From NCBI GenBank assembly GCA_002451275.1, contig DKBS01000028.1:1-59759 (forward strand): a DNA stretch of 59,759 nt, in the 5' to 3' direction. The notes under the pieces are model-generated. The model was not told where the DNA came from. It saw nothing but the letters and a program-made list of their open reading frames with translations, and ran no database searches. The translations under genes and the position numbers were made by a program. This stretch comes from Planctomycetaceae bacterium UBA6894. Its GTDB lineage: Bacteria > Planctomycetota > Planctomycetia > Gemmatales > Gemmataceae. Shown here in pieces: positions 57,994 to 59,759 of the stretch; within the stretch, counting starts at the first letter, position 1; each line of letters opens with the position of its first letter.

Positions 57994-58662
57994 TCACTTC
58001 AGGTATTTGCGTTCGTCCTTGTTCCCGGCTTTCCACTCGCGCAGGGTTTTGGAACTGATGGCCGTTTCGCGGGCATCGACCTCGACCAGGCTATTCATGG
58101 GCCCGAGGAACTCGACAAATCCTTCATTGGTCACGCCTGTCCCCCGCAGTCGGAGGATACGCAACGCAGGAAGCGTGGCCAGTTTCCGGAGGCCCTGATC
58201 GGTGATTCGGGTGTCATTCAGGTCCAGTTCGCGCAACTGAGCCATGTCGAGCAAAAAGTCAATGGTTTCGTCAGTCACATCGGGGTTGGCCATCTGCAGG
58301 ACCACAGCATTTTTCTTTTGCGCCAAAGGCGAGTAATCATTCTGATTCCAGCCGGTGAGCGTGATGTGCACCTCGCCATCCACCACCTTTTCGCGCGGCC
58401 CCAAACTCAGGCGATTGACCACCAGGCGATTGATTGCGATGGTGCCACCCGCAAGCGCCAGGCCCAGAAGCATGATGCAGAAGGGCCACTTGGCCCTTGC
58501 CGGATGCCGGAGCGCAAACGGAAAGGCCACTGGTGGAAAGGCCAAGCACCCCAGTCCCCAGGCAAGACTGACGCGGAAAGCGCGAATAACCAGCCACAGC
58601 AGGCCGACCAATGTCAGGATCAACCCTGCCAAAAGGACCCAATAACCGTATTGTTCGAACAT
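57994..58662 (-). CDS. Membrane protein with a C-terminal leucine-rich-repeat domain
   Basis: Three hydrophobic segments at the N-terminus ('YWVLLAGLILTLVGLLWLVI', 'LGCLAFPPVAFPF', 'FCIMLLGLALAGGTIAI'). LRR-like units follow: 'LRELDLNDTRITDQGLRKLATLPALRILRLRGTGVTNEG'. Confidence 0.65.
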   Translation of the reverse strand: MFEQYGYWVLLAGLILTLVGLLWLVIRAFRVSLAWGLGCLAFPPVAFPFALRHPARAKWPFCIMLLGLALAGGTIAINRLVVNRLSLGPREKVVDGEVHITLTGWNQNDYSPLAQKKNAVVLQMANPDVTDETIDFLLDMAQLRELDLNDTRITDQGLRKLATLPALRILRLRGTGVTNEGFVEFLGPMNSLVEVDARETAISSKTLREWKAGNKDERKYLK

Positions 58663-58799
58663 GAGTCCGCCTGAATGCCCTGCCGGTTGCAACCAATCAA
58701 CTTTACACAATTATTAGCCCGGAGACCCAGCGGACCTAACCGCTTGCCTGCCGGCCCTTTCGCGCGAAAACAGACCCAGCGCCCTTTTCGCATTGAGGG

Positions 58800-59530
58800 T
58801 CTACCAGGCAATGCGGTGACCCGCCTCATCGCCCACCCATGTCATTCGTTTCTTCCGGGAGGAAATCGCCGCAGGAATTCCTGCCCGTGCAGGCCGGTGT
58901 TGGCAACATCAGTGATGCCATCCTGGCGGAAATGGGTCACACCACCGTGGTGCCGACTTTTAGCGTGGACACCGAGATTTTGGACGCTGCGTCGACCTGA
59001 TGCGGACGGGCCGCCTGACCACCACCAGCTCCACCGCACTCACCCTGTCGGAGGAGAAACTGTAGGAGGTCTACGACCACTGGGATTTCTTCCGGTCCAA
59101 AATCATCCTGCGCCCCTGCGAATTGTCCAAAAATCCCGCCGTGATCCGCCAACCGGGCTTGATCAACATCAAGACGGCGCTGGAAGCGGACAGTTACGGC
59201 AACGTGAATTCGATGCATGGGTGTGGCACGCAGATGATGAATGGCATCGGCGGCTCGTGCAAATTCGAACGCAACGGGTACCATTCGGTGTTTGTCACGC
59301 CCTCGGTCGCCAAGGGGGGGAATCATCTCGTCCATCGTGGCGTTCTGCCCGCATATCGACCACAGCGAACATTGGGTGCATGGGCTGATGACGGAGCACG
59401 GCTTGGCCTATATTCGGGGTGTGGGGCACGCCCAGGCCACACCCGGCACGACCTGGCCCGGTGCTTTCAGTTGAACCGAAATCTGCTGGAGCACGGGTCG
59501 AAGCTGCTCGGGCTGAGGCTGGGGGAATAA
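58800..59530 (+). pseudogene. Degraded acetyl-CoA hydrolase/transferase-family gene (succinyl-CoA:acetate CoA-transferase-like), C-terminal half only
   Basis: Family-typical peptides are spread over three frames: 'VIRFFREEIAAG', 'LPVQAGVGNISDAIL...TEILD', 'DLMRTGRLTTTSSTALTLSEEKL', 'EVYDHWDFFRSKIILRPCELSKNPAVIRQPGLINIKTALEADSYGNVNSMHGCGTQMMNGIGGS' and 'GGIISSIVAFCPHIDHSEH'. They are interrupted by a TGA (58998), an in-frame TAG (59063) and several frameshifts, one at a G7 run near 59314-59320. The N-terminal half of the gene is absent. Confidence 0.65.
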
Positions 59531-59759
59531 GACCGCCAAACCTCCAGGTTTTGCCCTGAAGTCCAATACCAGCTGCTGACTCAATTTTCACAAATTAGCC
59601 AAATAGCCCAGACTACTTGAATAATCGGAAAATTTGGGATAAAGAGAAAAGATAAGCATGCTAAGCAGTTAGGGGCTGATTGCACCTTCTGCGGCGTGGA
59701 CCTTCCTTTCGAAATCCGGCGGGAGCTTTCCAAACCGCCGGGTCCAGAGCTCATTTAGC

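Noticed and set aside
59669-59759. Partial minus-strand ORF end ('...LNELWTRRFGKLPPDFERKVHAAEGAISP*') at the window edge, which I considered as a transposase C-terminus
   Set aside because: Only ~30 codons are visible and I recognised no diagnostic motif, so I cannot call a mobile element.
1-59759. Search for tRNA, rRNA, integrase or transposase genes and prophage-like blocks
   Set aside because: I found no cloverleaf-compatible intergenic segment, rRNA-like region or recombinase motif by eye. Apart from the decayed 3' end, the window looks like core chromosome.

Overview
High-GC (roughly 60% or more by eye) chromosomal segment, most likely from a member of the PVC superphylum (Planctomycetota or Verrucomicrobiota). 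The taxon call rests on a PSCyt/PSD (DUF1549/DUF1553) plus DUF1501 gene pair and three giant proteins that combine a 'membrane-bound dehydrogenase' module with a CxxCH heme-binding module. I support about 40 protein-coding genes, mostly housekeeping or accessory metabolism and envelope functions. They include a LarA-like racemase, a serpin, an SDR, an MMPL/RND exporter, a TlpA-like thioredoxin, a YHYH protein, DJ-1/PfpI, RsmD, GT1 and GT4 glycosyltransferases, an S15 peptidase and LD-carboxypeptidase. They also include two MFS transporters, a beta-hydroxyacid dehydrogenase, PPi-phosphofructokinase, an SNF2 helicase, a TetR-MFP-RND efflux operon and a class-3 lipase. I saw no rRNA, tRNA, CRISPR array or intact mobile element. 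The most unusual locus is 24.5-30.3 kb. An mraZ-rsmH pair with a textbook 10-bp-phased GTGGG operator is not followed by ftsL/ftsI/mur genes. It is followed instead by (i) a 522-aa protein with a hydrophobic N-terminal segment whose C-terminus is a second, divergent two-repeat MraZ-like module, and (ii) a 792-aa protein built as TM, Pro-rich spacer, Asn-rich coiled-coil-like tandem repeats and a LysM domain. Other points worth a look: an orphan NrdG-type radical-SAM activase in an apparent operon with a lipoprotein and a secreted alpha/beta-hydrolase; an inhibitory-type serpin with predicted Arg at P1; an oversized RND pump with a periplasmic-loop insertion; a perfect 23-bp palindrome at the tetR start; and a heavily degraded CoA-transferase pseudogene at the 3' end. 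Many long overlapping or antisense ORFs in the track are high-GC artefacts and were rejected.
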